This document shows positions 51,903 through 64,000 of a stretch of DNA of 64,000 bases, piece by piece. The stretch is taken from the NCBI GenBank assembly GCA_016748015.1, contig JAAOMT010000553.1:1-64000 (forward strand), given 5' to 3'. The notes beneath the pieces were generated by a model. It did no database searches. It was not told where the DNA came from and saw only the letters and a program-made list of their open reading frames with translations. A program made the translations under genes and the position numbers. The DNA is from Geosiphon pyriformis uo1 (taxonomy: Eukaryota; Fungi; Glomeromycota). The first letter of the stretch is position 1; each line of letters opens with the position of its first letter.

Positions 51903-54900
51903 TATTACAAGTGATTATTTGGGATCTTAAATCAAATAACAAACCCATAACTTGGTGCTTAATTGATAATATAGTGATGTTAGTATCTAAAAGTTTTGAT
52001 TATCTAAAGGTTTTGGTTAAGTCCTTTGTATAATAGACAGAGATTCAGTTGTGATTGTTTAGTAGCTTCCTAGAATCACAATTCCATCCAATTTTTTTCT
52101 CAGCTTGGTGGCTGGTTTTATTTTGACAGTTGTGCCTTTCTGGTAAGCTATCCATTAATATAGATATAATGTTACCCTTATTTCTGGATCTTTTACCAGG
52201 CTATTCATGATGTCAATAACTCAGTGCTCAATTTTTAATCAATTAGTAACAACAAGAAATAACAAATAAAATAAAAAAAATATAAAAAAATAAGCCAAGA
52301 CAATAAATATTAGTATCTTATTAATAGTTATAATCAAGAGTTATTGTTTCAGAGTGGTTAAGTATCATTTACTATCAACATAAAGTATTAATAGTGAAGA
52401 ATAGATTGAGATAATGAATAATTATTTATTAATATTTGTGAATAGAAAAGTATCTTAGATCAAATCTAAAACTAAGAAGTCTTGGTATTGATTCTGTTTT
52501 TTTCTACTTCTAATATTACTGTTATATATATATAATCAAGATTTCTCAATTTTTCAATTTTTCACACCAGGAATTCTGGAATTTTTGGAATCCTGTAATT
52601 TCTTTAAAAAGAATTCTGAAATCCTGCAATTCTTCTAAAGAGAATTCTGGAATTCTTATTTACTATGTCTATTTCTGATTGGCTAATTTTATATATTAAT
52701 ATACTTCCTATATTTTATGAGTAACATTATTCCCTTCTTTTAATATTGAGTTTTATTGAGATCTCCTAATTTTAACTCTCTATCTTTGAGTATTTCCTAA
52801 ACTTTTTTTTCAATAATTACTTGAGTTATCTTGCTATGTAATTTTTCAAATTGAGCATTGGTTATTTTTTTTATTTGGTTAATGGTAATAATGTTCATTG
52901 CTGAATTGAGTAAGATTTCTGGTTGGTCTTGAAATTCGATTTGTAATTAATAGATGGCTCATGCTTGTATGGTTAGATTGTTTTTTCTCACAAATTGCTC
53001 AAGTTGTTGTAATATCTCTGGATTGAATAATTGTTTTGTCTTATCCATATATAAGTTCTGAATATTCAGGTGTTGTTCCAAGTGGAAATAACAAAAGTTT
53101 CTTGGAAATTGTTGTGTCCACCAATTTTATGTTTCTATTGTCAATTCTTAATATTGAGTGACTTTTGGTTGTGCTTCTATTATCAATTTCATCTTTGTGA
53201 TTATTTTGTCAATAGTGTTTTCTGTTTTTTTCTATACTTTATTTTGTGGTCTCTTTCTGGTGTTTTTGTATTTAATGGTTTGTTAATTGATTGTAATTTC
53301 CATCTCTTGTTGTTGAATCAGTTGAAAGAATTGTTGTGCTAGTGAGAATATGTTGTTGGTAATTTCCATTTTTCTGATGTTTTTCATCACGTTTACTATG
53401 TCTTTATATTCTTTTATTTGCTCAATTTGACATGTTGGTGTCAATAATAATGATTGGTTTTAGATCTTATAAGATCTCATCTGGTTGAACTAGTATTTTC
53501 TGTACTTCTAATTGTGGAATATTACTGATAGATGATGATACTATATGGTGATATGGTTTCAGTTGATTATCATGTGCTGTTTTGGCTAAGCTTTTGTTGT
53601 TTTATCTTAATTTATAAGCTCTATTTTCAAGAATTTCTTCTATGTGAAATGATCTGTCCTATTTAGAGTCAAATTTTTTACTCCATTGTTTTTTCACTTT
53701 GGTATAATATAAAAGTACTTTGTTTCCAATCCTAAATTTAACTGGTTTATCTAGTAGTTGGTTATTGTGTCTTTTTTTTTTGTTTTTCTTGTGACTTTTG
53801 GATGTTATTAGGTGTTCTTTGTCATTTGTTTTCTAGAGTTTCCATCAAGTTATATGTTCTTCTTAGCAATATTTCTTGAAAATTGTCTTCAGTTATTAGT
53901 TCTATTGGATATGTATTAACTTTTATCTTAATTGGTAATGTTGCCATTTTACCATATATTAATTCAAATAATGTTGTCTGTGTGGTGTCTTGTTTTATTG
54001 TCCAATAAGCAAATAATACTAATGGTATAAACAAATCTCATTCATTTTGGTTTTCTTGGCTGATTTTGGCAATTGCTTCACACAATATTCTGTTAAACCT
54101 TTTAACTAACCTATTTGTTTACAAATGATATGATAATAATAATAGTCTTTTGATTCCAAATTTTTGACTTAATTCTGCTAGTGTTCTGTTTACAAAGTGA
54201 GTTCCTTGATCTAATAGTAGTTTTTTTGGACATTTGTATTGACAAATCAAATCTTGATGAACAAATTTGGCAATGAATTTTGCATCTGCTCTTTGAATGG
54301 CTTTTGCTTCTGACTATTTAGTAAGATAATTCATGGCTATTGCTATGTATTTGTTGTTTCTGCTGGTTATGATTAATGGTCTGATTAAGTCAATTCCAAT
54401 TCAATCAAATGGTTGTCTCATTTTAATTGGTTTTAATGGTTCACTGAGTCTTATTCCTTCTTTTCTCTGACAAGCATCATAATTTTGAACATATTAAATG
54501 ATATCTGAATATATTAATGGCCAATAGTATCTTTTTCTGGTTCTTTCCATGATTGCTTCTTTGTAAAAATGTCCTGCTGTTAGATCAAAGTGCATGTTAA
54601 ATAGTATTGTTTTTTTTTCTGATTCCATGATTACTCTGATTGGTTGATCTGAATTTTTTCTGTTTTTCCGATAAAGTATATTTTGATGAATGATAAAATA
54701 TTTTGATTGTTGTTTTATGTTGTTTTGCTCCTTTTAAGATAATTTTTCTTTGAACTGTTGGGTATTTATATAATGCTAAAGTTGTTGGTATTTTTGTGTA
54801 TTCATTTTTTGTTATATTTTTGTGTTGTAATATTCTAATTTTGTTATATTTTTGGGTTGAAATGTTCAGATTTGTTTTATTTGTGACAAATTATTGGCAT

Positions 54901-55075
54901 TTTTGTTTTTTTTTCTCTTTTTATAGTGTATCATAAAAGTGTATAGTAACAGTGCAATTTTTCATCTTGTATGTTAATCGTCTCTAAATTTTTGTTTCTA
55001 GATTAAAGTCAATCTTTTGTGATTGGTGTGTACTTCAAATTTCTAGCTTAAGTATTTCTTTTCATTTCATGACAG

Positions 55076-58047
55076 TATTACTCATAGAATATAAAAATTA
55101 AATATTAGTACATAAATTAGCCAATCAGAATAAATATAATAAAAGTAGAATTTCAGGATTCCTCTTAGAAGAATTGCAAAATTCCAGAAATTTCAGGATT
55201 CTCATATGAAGAATTGCAGAATTTCAGAATTTTAGAATTTTTCTCAAAAGAATTGCAAGATTCCAGAAATTTTAGGATTTCTGGCTAGAGAATTGAAGAA
55301 TTCAAGGAATCTCATACAATAAAATTTATGTATATATACCAGTAGTATCAGAAGCTAAAAAATTAGTCAAATAGACTTCCAGAGTAAAAAAGACTGAGAG
55401 TTAATAGAACTCTTAGAGTCAATTAGACTTGAAGGTCATAATTATTAAATACTCTTTCTTTAAAAGATAAAATACTATAACTTAAAGTAAAATCACTCTT
55501 ATATAATGAAATTATTTATTATCCTCAAATCCATATTATTATTTACTACTTAACCTGTTGGCACAATAGCTCTTAATCATAGCTATTGACAAAACACTTA
55601 TTTCTTATTTTATTTTTTATTTTTTTATTTTATTTTATTTTCTTTTGTTATTCATTAAATTGATTAAAAAGATTAAAGCACTGAGTTATTGACATCAAGA
55701 ATTGTCTAGTAAAAGACTCTTGCAAGTGGGTAGAATACATAAAAAAATTATGGATTACTTACCAGAGGAGTACTGGCCATCAAGCTGAAAAAAGAAATTG
55801 ACAGAATTGCGATTTTAGAAAGCTAAGGATAAACAACTATTGAATCTCTGTCTATTATACAAAGAACCCAACCAAAACCTTCAGATAACAATACTTTCAA
55901 AAATCAATATTATCATTATATTAATTAAGCACCAAGTTATAGATTTGTTATTTGCTTTGAGACCCCAAAAAATTACCTATAATATTTGGTGCTCTCTATG
56001 AGGTATAATCCAACAGAGAACCAGCACCAGCAACAATCATGCAAGAAAGTGGCAGACCAAGAAAAAACAAAAAAAAATCACTTAGGATTTACAAAATTTT
56101 TATTTTACTATTATCTTTGAAAAACTCATTAAATTAAAACTCTGATCATTTAAAACCCAAACATTTGAAAATTACCATTAATAAATTTGTTAAAACTCAT
56201 TAAATTAAAACTCTGATTATTCAAAACCTGATCATTAAACCATGAACATTCGAAACTTACCTTTGATAAATTCATTAAAAACTTATTAAATTAAAACTCT
56301 AATTATTCAAGACCCAATCATTAAAACCCCGAACATTCGAAACTTATCTTTAATAAACTTATTAAAAACTCATTAAAACTTTAACTATTCAAGATCTGAT
56401 TGTTCAAAAACCCAAACATTTGAAACCCAATAATTCTAACTCTGTTATTACATAAAAAAACTTACTGTCAATAAAACTTATTAAACCTCTAACAATTCAA
56501 ACTCTGGGAATTATTCAAAAACCCAAACATTTAAAGTCCAATAAATTTCAAACACCAGTATCATACAAAGAAACTTACTTCCAATAGCCCAATAAAATCT
56601 AATTTTTACAGTACCAATAAATCAGCAAAACTCACCTGATGGTCCTAAGTCAAAATATTGGGATGTAGTTACAATTTACTTCCATGTGTCATATATTCGA
56701 AGAAAAGCCAATCAGCAAGAACAAATGGAAATCAGAATTGGAACTTAATTCCGATTCAAATTCTGTCAATGATGACAATAATTTAAACTCTGCTAATGAC
56801 AACAATAATTTAAACTCTACCAACAACAAATTCAAACTTTGCTTCAAACACCAAACAATATATCACACTTTTAGATCTTACAATAGAGCAGGAATTAACT
56901 CAATTCAGTAATAATAATGAGGGCATTATGTGTAAACATACACATAATACAAATGCAAAATTTGAAATTGATATTTTGGACAGACCATTATAGTTAAAAA
57001 AACCCCAGTCATGTATAAAATTAAAAAAAAAAATAGCAATAGAAATTACAGCAACAACATTAATACAAAAAAAAGATTTAGAAAATTTTACAGAAGCTCA
57101 ATATTAAAGAAGAGAATAATATTACTCATAGAATATAAGAATTAAATATTAGTACATAAATTAGCCAATCAGAATAAATGTAGTAAAAATGGAATTTCAG
57201 AATTCCTCTCAGAAGAATTGCAGAATTCCAGGAATTTCAGGATTCTTGTATGAGGAATTACAGGATTTCAGAATTCCAGAATTCCTCTCAAAGAAATTGC
57301 AGAATTCCAGGAATTTCAGAATTCCTGGTTAGAAAATTGAGAAATTCAAGAAATCTTATACAATAAAATTTATGTATATATAGCAGTAGTATCAGAAGCT
57401 AGAAAATTAGTCAAGTAGACTCCCAGAGTGAAAAAAACTGAGAGTTAGTAGTATTCTTAGAGTCAATTAGACTTGAAGATTATAATTATTAAATACCCTT
57501 CCTTCAAAAAATAGAATATTATAACTTAAAGTGAAATTACTCCCATATAATGAAATTATCCATTATCCTCAAATCTATGCTATTATCCACTACTTAACCT
57601 ATTGGCACAATAGCTTTTGATCATAGCTATTGACAGGACACTTATTTTTTATTTTATTTTTTATTTTTTTATTTTCTTTTATTTTCTTTATTTTTTTTTA
57701 TTTTTTTTTGTTATTTACTAAATTAATTAAAAGGATTAAAGTGCTGAGTTATTGATGTTAAAGATTGCCTGGTAAAAGATCCCTACAAGTGAGTAGAGCA
57801 TGTAAAAGAATTACAGATTACTTACCAGAAGAGTACTGGCCATCAAGCTAAAGAAAGAAATTGACAGAATTGCGATTCTGGAAAGCTATAGATAAACAAC
57901 TATTGAATCTCTATCCATTATACAAAAAACTCAACCAAAATCTTCAAATAACAATACCTTTAGAAACCAACATTATTATTATATCAATTAAACATTAATT
58001 TATGAGTTTGTTATTTGCTTTAAGACCCCAAAAAATTACCTGTAACA
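55076..58047 (+). mobile_element. Non-autonomous internally deleted LTR element (LTRs 55076-55984, 57120-58047), TSD ACAG/ATAG
   Basis: Two colinear LTRs; PBS TGGTGCTCTCTATGAGG; PPT before 57120; removing it restores host GACAG|TCCAATATATTGCTAAG, matching the paralogue at ~61891. Confidence 0.9.
56120..56560 (+). repeat. Degenerate ~70-86-bp tandem repeats inside the non-autonomous element
   Basis: AAAACTCATTAAATTAAAACTCTGAT...AACATTCGAAACTTACC recurs 4-5 times. Confidence 0.75.
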
Positions 58048-58804
58048 ATAGTCCAATATATTGCTAAGTGTTCTAGTGCTGGTATTCCATAGTTTTTTTC
58101 AGCTAGTATTAAGCTTCAACTGACATATACTACTGGATGTTCTCTTCTATTTGGTTTTTTTTGTGATAGTATGACTCCCAATGCTTGACCTAATACATTA
58201 GTGATAATAATGAATAGTTTGCTATAATTTGAATAGATCAGTATTAAAGCCTAAATGAGCTTTTTTCTCAGTATGTCAAAAGCTTTTTGTTGTGTTTTAG
58301 TCTATTTATATTTAACATTCTTGGTTTGTAAATAATACAGTGATTAAGCCAGTTTGGAAAAGTTTTTGATAAAATGACAATAGTACTCTGCAAATCTCAA
58401 GAATGCTTATAGCTCAGTCAAGTTAGTAAGTACTAGAAAAGACTTTATTACTTCAATTTTATTTGGATCTGTTTTAATGCCCTCTTTGCTTATGACATGT
58501 CTTAAAAACTTGAGTTCTGTTTTGTCAAAGAAACACTTGGTTGCATTTAGTTTCAATCCTGCTCTTTTCAGTCTTTCGAACACTTGCTAGAAATAATGAA
58601 AATAATCATCAAATGTTTTTGAAAACACATTGGTGTTATCTAAATACATGACTACTGATTTCCATAATAGTCTGGTATAAACAATTTCCATTAGTTGTTG
58701 AAATATAACTGGTGTGTTGGTTAAGCCAAATGGTATTACTTCAAATTCAAAATTTCTTTCTCTTGTGGTAAATGCCATCTTATTTTTATCTTCTGGATTC
58801 ATGG

Positions 58805-61800
58805 TATTACAGATAATTATTTGGAGTCTCAAAGCAAATAACAAATCCATAACTTGGTGCTTAATTGATATAATGATGTTGGTTTCTAAAGGTTAACTGT
58901 ATCTCAAAGTTTTAATTAAGTTCTTTGTATAATAGACAGAGATTCCAATGCAATTTTTTTTAAATGGTGTTTTCAGTATTAACCTGTGGGTTAAGTAGTT
59001 GTTGTCCATTGCTTCCCGGAATTACAATTCTATTAATTCTTTTTTTGGCATGGTGGCTGGCAATTTCCTAGTAAGCTATCCTCAAATTTGAATGTCTATC
59101 CTTATTCTTGGGTTTTTTACTAGTGCTATATCCTAATGTTAATAACTCAGCACTTTAATTCTTTAATCAATTAGTACACAACAAGAAAAAAAAATAAAAA
59201 AAAATAAAAAAATAAGCCAAGACAATAAATGTTAATATTCTATTAATAGTCATAATCAAGAACTATTGTTCTAGTGTAATTAAGTATCAATTATTATCAA
59301 CATAAAGTGTTAATAATGAAAAGTAGATTTGAAATATTGAATAATTATTTATTAATATTTGTAATATATAAGGTTGCTAGGATCAAATTTAAATTGAGAA
59401 GTTTGTTTTTTCTCTTTCTAATGCTATTGTTATATATACCTAATTTATGTTCTATGAGATCACTTACATTTTTGAGCAATGTACTATGATTTCTTGAGCA
59501 ATATGCTCACATGCTAACTACTACTCTTTTATTGGTCTACTATTTTTCTATATCTGTTTTCTTTATAAATAACATTATTTTCTCCTTTTAATATTAAGCT
59601 CTATCAAAATTCTTATTTTGAATTATGTCAAATACTTTTTTTTCAAGTAGCATCTATTCCACCCTACTCTTTATTTCTTCAATTTGTGAGTTGTTCATTC
59701 TTCTCCATTGGTTGATAGTTATTGTTTCTATATTAGAGTATAACAATATTTCTGGGTAGTTTTGAAATATAGTGTGTAGTTAATAAATAGTCTTAATATA
59801 TAGTGTTAAGTTTGTTTTTTTTTCAATAATGTTTTTAATATTCTGGATTATCTCTTGATTAAAAATTCTCTTGAATTTGTCAAGATATAACTTCTGAATA
59901 TCTACTTTTTGTCTCAATTGATAGTAACAATATGGTATTAGAAGTTGGTCTATTTATTGGTTCTAATTTTTTTTGTCAGTTTTTCTGTTGAAACAATAAT
60001 AGTTATCTTTCCAAAAGTGTTCTTTACTTTCTCTACTATTTTATTTGACCAGTTTATTGATTGTTTTTATGCTCACTGGTATGATGTACTTTTTCCTTTT
60101 TGTTTGGTGTTTTGATAACAGATTGTTTGGTTGTTAATGATAATTTTTATGTTTACTTGCTGTTAATTTAAAGCCTGAAACAATTATTGAGCTAAAATGT
60201 AAATATGGTCTGGTATTTCCATTTTTCTTTGTTGTTTTTGTCGTGTATACCATGTCTTTATATACTCTTTTAGTTGTTTAATTTGACGTGTTTGGTTCAA
60301 TAACTATGATTGGTTCTAGATCTCGTAGAATTTTATCTGGTTGAACTAGTATTCTCTGTGCTTTCAGTTGTGGAATATTACTGGTAGATGCTGATACTAT
60401 GTTTTGGTAAAGTTTCAGTTGATCTCCATGTACTGCTTTGGTTAAAATTTTGTTGTTCAACTTTAATTTATAAGCTTTATTTCCTAGAATTTTTTCTATG
60501 TAAAATGGTCCATCCCATTTAGAGTCAAATTTTCCACTCCATTGTTTTTCCACTTTGGTATAATGTAAAAGTATTTTGTCTTCAATCCTAAATTCAACTG
60601 GTTTATCTGGTAATTGGTTATTGTGTCTTTTTTTTGTTTTTCTTGTGACTTTTGGATATTATTAGCTGCTTTTCGCCATTTGTTTTCTAGTGTTTTCATT
60701 AAGTCATATGTTCTTCTCAATAATGTTTTTTGAAAATTTTCTTCTGTTATTGGTTCTGTTGGATATGTTTTGACTTCTATCTCAACTGATAATATTGCTG
60801 TTCTATCATATACTAATTTAAATGGTGTTGCTTGTGTAGTGTCTTGCTTTATTGTCTGGTAAGCAAATAATACTGATAATATAAACAAATTCCATTTATC
60901 CTGGTTTTCTTGGCTGATTTTGGCAATTGCTTTACACAATGTTCTGTTAAATCTTTTAACTAATTCATTTGTTTGTAAATGATATGATGATGATAATGAT
61001 CTTTTTATCCCAAATTTTTGACTTAATTCTGTCAATGTTCTATTTACAAAGTGAGTTCCTTGATCTGATAATAATTCTTTTAGACATTTGTGCTAACAGA
61101 TCAAATCTTAATAAATGAATTCAGCAACAAATTCTGCATCTGCTCTTTGAATGACTTTTGCTTTTGGCTATTTTGTGAGATAGTCTATGGCTATTACAAT
61201 ATATCTGTTGTCTCTGCTGGTTATTGTTAATAGTCTGATTAAGTTAATTTCAATGTAATCAAATGGTTGTCTCACTTTGATTGGTCTTAATGGTTCACTG
61301 GGTCTTGTTCCTCTTTTTCTTTGACAAACATCACAATTTTGAACATATTGGATAATATCTGGATATATTAATGGCCAATAGTATCTTTTTCTGATTTTTT
61401 CTATAGTTGCTTCTTTGTGAAAATGTCCTGCTGTTGAATCTGAGTGCATATTGAATAATATTGTCTCTTTTTCTGGTTTTGTAATTACTTTGATTGGTTA
61501 ATCTGAATTTTTTTTGTTTTTTCAGTAAAGTATATTTTGATGATTGATAAAATATTTTGATTGTTGTTTTATATTGTTTTGTTCCTTTTGAGATAATTTA
61601 TCCTTAAACAATTGTGTATTTATGTAATGTTGGAGTTGGTATTTTTGTATATTCATCTTTTGTTGTATTTTTGGGGTGAAATTTTTTTTAGATTTGTCTC
61701 ATTTGTGACAAGCTGTTGGCATTTTTTTTTTCTTTTCCTTTTTGTAATGTATTGTATAATTAAATGATAAAAATTTTATTTTCCATCTGGCATAGTGATT

Positions 61801-64000
61801 GTCTCCAAATTTTTGTTTCTGAATTGAAATTAATCTTTTATGATCAGTATACACATCAAACTTTTGACTCAAGTATTTTTTCCATTTTATGACAGCCCAA
61901 TAGATAGCTAAGTGTTCTAGCATTGGAGTTCCATAGTTTTTTTCAACTGGACTTAAGTTTCTGCTGGTATAAGCTATTGGGTGTTCTTGTTCATTTGGTT
62001 TTTTCTGAGATAGTACTACTCCTAATGCTTAACCAAATGCATTTGTTGTGATTATGAATGACTTGCTATAATCTGAATAGATCAGTACTGGAGCTTGAAT
62101 AAGCTTTCTTCTTAATATATCAAGCTTCTTGTTAAGTTTTTGTCTATTTATATCTGGTGTTCTTTGTTTGGAGCTGGTATAATAGCTGAGCCAGTTTAGA
62201 AAAATCTTTGATAAAACAGCAGTAATAATCTGTAAATCCTAAGAATGCTTGTAGTTCTGTCAAGTTGGTGGGTACTAGAAAGTTCTTAACTATCTCAATT
62301 TTGTCTGGATCTATTTTGATTCCATTTTTGCTTACAACATGTCCCAAAAACTTGAGTTCAGTTTTTCTAAAGAAACACTTGGTTGTATTTAATTTTAATT
62401 TAGCTCTTCTTAGTTTTTCAAATACTTGTTGAAAATAGTGTAAATGATCATCAAATGTTTTAGAGAACATGTTAGTGTTGTCCAAATATACGACTACTGA
62501 TTTTTATAGTAGTTTAGTATAGACAATTTTTATAAGCCATTGAAATATGGCCAGAGTATTTATCAAGCCAAATGGCATAACTTCAAATTCAAAATTTTCT
62601 TCTCAAATTGTAAAAGCCATTTTTTCTTTGTTTTCTGGGTTCATGACTACTTGTCAGTAACCACTGTCTAAGTCTAAAGTTAAAAACCATTTTTTTCCTC
62701 CAAAAACATTGAACAGCTCTTGGATCTTTGATGTTAGATAGCTATCTCTTTTGGTTACTCTATTTAGTTTTTGGTAATCCACACAAAAGTGGATTTTTCC
62801 ATTTTTCTTACGAATTAGTACTACTGGTGATGACTATAGACTCATTAATGACTGAATTAGTCCATTGTCAAACATCTGATTGATTTTTTGATGAATGATC
62901 TTATGGCTGGCTGATGGTACTCTGTATACTCTTTGTTTAATTGGCATTATATCTCCAGTTTTAATTTAATGTTAAATAAAGTCAGTTCTGCCAAATTTGT
63001 TCTTGCTGGCAAAGATGTTATTGAAATTGTTGAGCAATATTTTCAGCTGCATATGTTGCAGTAGGTCTAGATTTCCCAAGTTTATTTGTTCCAATTGTTC
63101 TGGTTGAAACAAATAACATTCTTCTTGTCTGTATATTGTTTGAGATGTAATGTTGACATATCTACACAGTTGTGGAAAGTCTGGAATGGAGTTTGGTAAT
63201 TGTTCTTTAATTTCAATGATTAAATATTTAATAGTGGTTTTTTTTGGTATCTTGATGGTATTTTTTGTGTTGTTGTAAATAGAAATTTTGATGTAACTGT
63301 GGTTTTTGGCTGGTATGTGTAGATTGACTAATCCAATTTCTCCTGATTCACAAAGTGTTGCTTCTGTCTCAAAAATCTGTACTTGATCTTTTATTTTTTT
63401 CTCTATAACTAACATGTACTGGTCATATAGTAGAATGAAAATTAATTGACAAGTGGAGATAATTTTTTCCTTGTCAGCAATTTCTTTTTTTGCCATATTA
63501 ACTGGTACATCTATTCTACCTATTGATCTGAATTCCTATATCTCTCTAGCTGTAATCCCTAATTTTTTACTGTTTTCTACTGATACTAATTGAGCTATTT
63601 TAACCAGAGGCAAGAATATTGCCTATGTTATCTTTTCATTTGGCTCTATAATATAGGCCTTTTTTGAATCATTTTGTAGCATAGCAATGATATTTCTTAC
63701 ATATTCCATGTCAATTATTCTTCTTTTAATATTGATCCCTTTTTTTACTAAACTACTCCTGGATGCTAACTGAACTATTGTCATTGCTAGAATTTCTATG
63801 GCTACTTTCAGATCAATGCATGTACATAAATGTGGTTCTAATTTGATGGCATTTTTTCCTGAATATCTCAAATTAAACTCTGTATTAGTATTATGTACAC
63901 ATTCTGGCATAATACTTTCATTATTATCACTAAACCATTTCAATTCCTACTTTTTGATGAGATTAGGGAGTACAATGTATTGTTCAGAGTTTGAATTGGA
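58805..64000 (-). mobile_element. Nested Gypsy (minus): 3' LTR 58805-59574, PPT, ORF3, IN, RH, RT, dUTPase-like, dUTPase; continues beyond the window
   Basis: ORFs 60278-61449 (integrase, WDGPF), 61699-62485 (RH/RT), 62972-63496 (IKISIYNNT..IKIPK), 63623-63943 (dUTPase LASRSSL...EPNEKI). Confidence 0.9.

Larger units (their letters stand above)
51903..58804 (-). mobile_element. Nested Gypsy (minus): 3' LTR 51903-52726, PPT, ORF3, integrase, RNase H/RT; itself interrupted twice
   Basis: PPT AAAAGAAGGGAATAA abuts TGTTAC; integrase remnant ORF 53822-54034; RT remnant ORF 58587-58850 (FEVIPFGLTN...YLDN). Confidence 0.85.

Noticed and set aside
55182-55194. Heat-shock element TTCnnGAAnnTTC in an LTR
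   Set aside because: The sister LTR has GGA at this site and the array period is ~9 bp, not 5/10; probably created by a G>A change.
56120-56560. Possible CRISPR-like array
   Set aside because: Degenerate tandem units without unique spacers; no cas genes; eukaryotic TE context.

Overview
Eukaryotic, intron-rich fungal DNA. Short GT-AG introns, AT-rich repeats and the TE families point to an early-diverging fungus, most likely Glomeromycotina such as Geosiphon (inference). There are two gene islands. The first (1-6.3 kb) holds SWP1/RPN2 and YOS9/OS-9 head-to-head, a small basic mitochondrial protein and a pseudogenised REase-fold gene. The second (27.7-41.6 kb) holds TRAP-alpha, DDX41/abstrakt, MAK10/NAA35 and SDA1. 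Between and after them lie heavily C>T/G>A-mutated nested transposon blocks (6.3-27.3 kb; 42-64 kb) made of RNase H-type LINEs and several Ty3/Gypsy elements. The Gypsy group has an unusual architecture: gag-PR-Cys-rich module-dUTPase-dUTPase-like-RT-RNaseH-STOP, then an integrase with its own ATG, then a conserved non-Env ORF3 before the PPT, with 4-bp TSDs. Top non-TE observations are a structured MAK10 intron whose ~27-bp stem covers the branch point and 3' splice site of a 60-nt stop-containing exon, and a perfect ERSE (CCAAT-N9-CCACG) upstream of TRAP-alpha. Exon boundaries, alignments and counts are manual.
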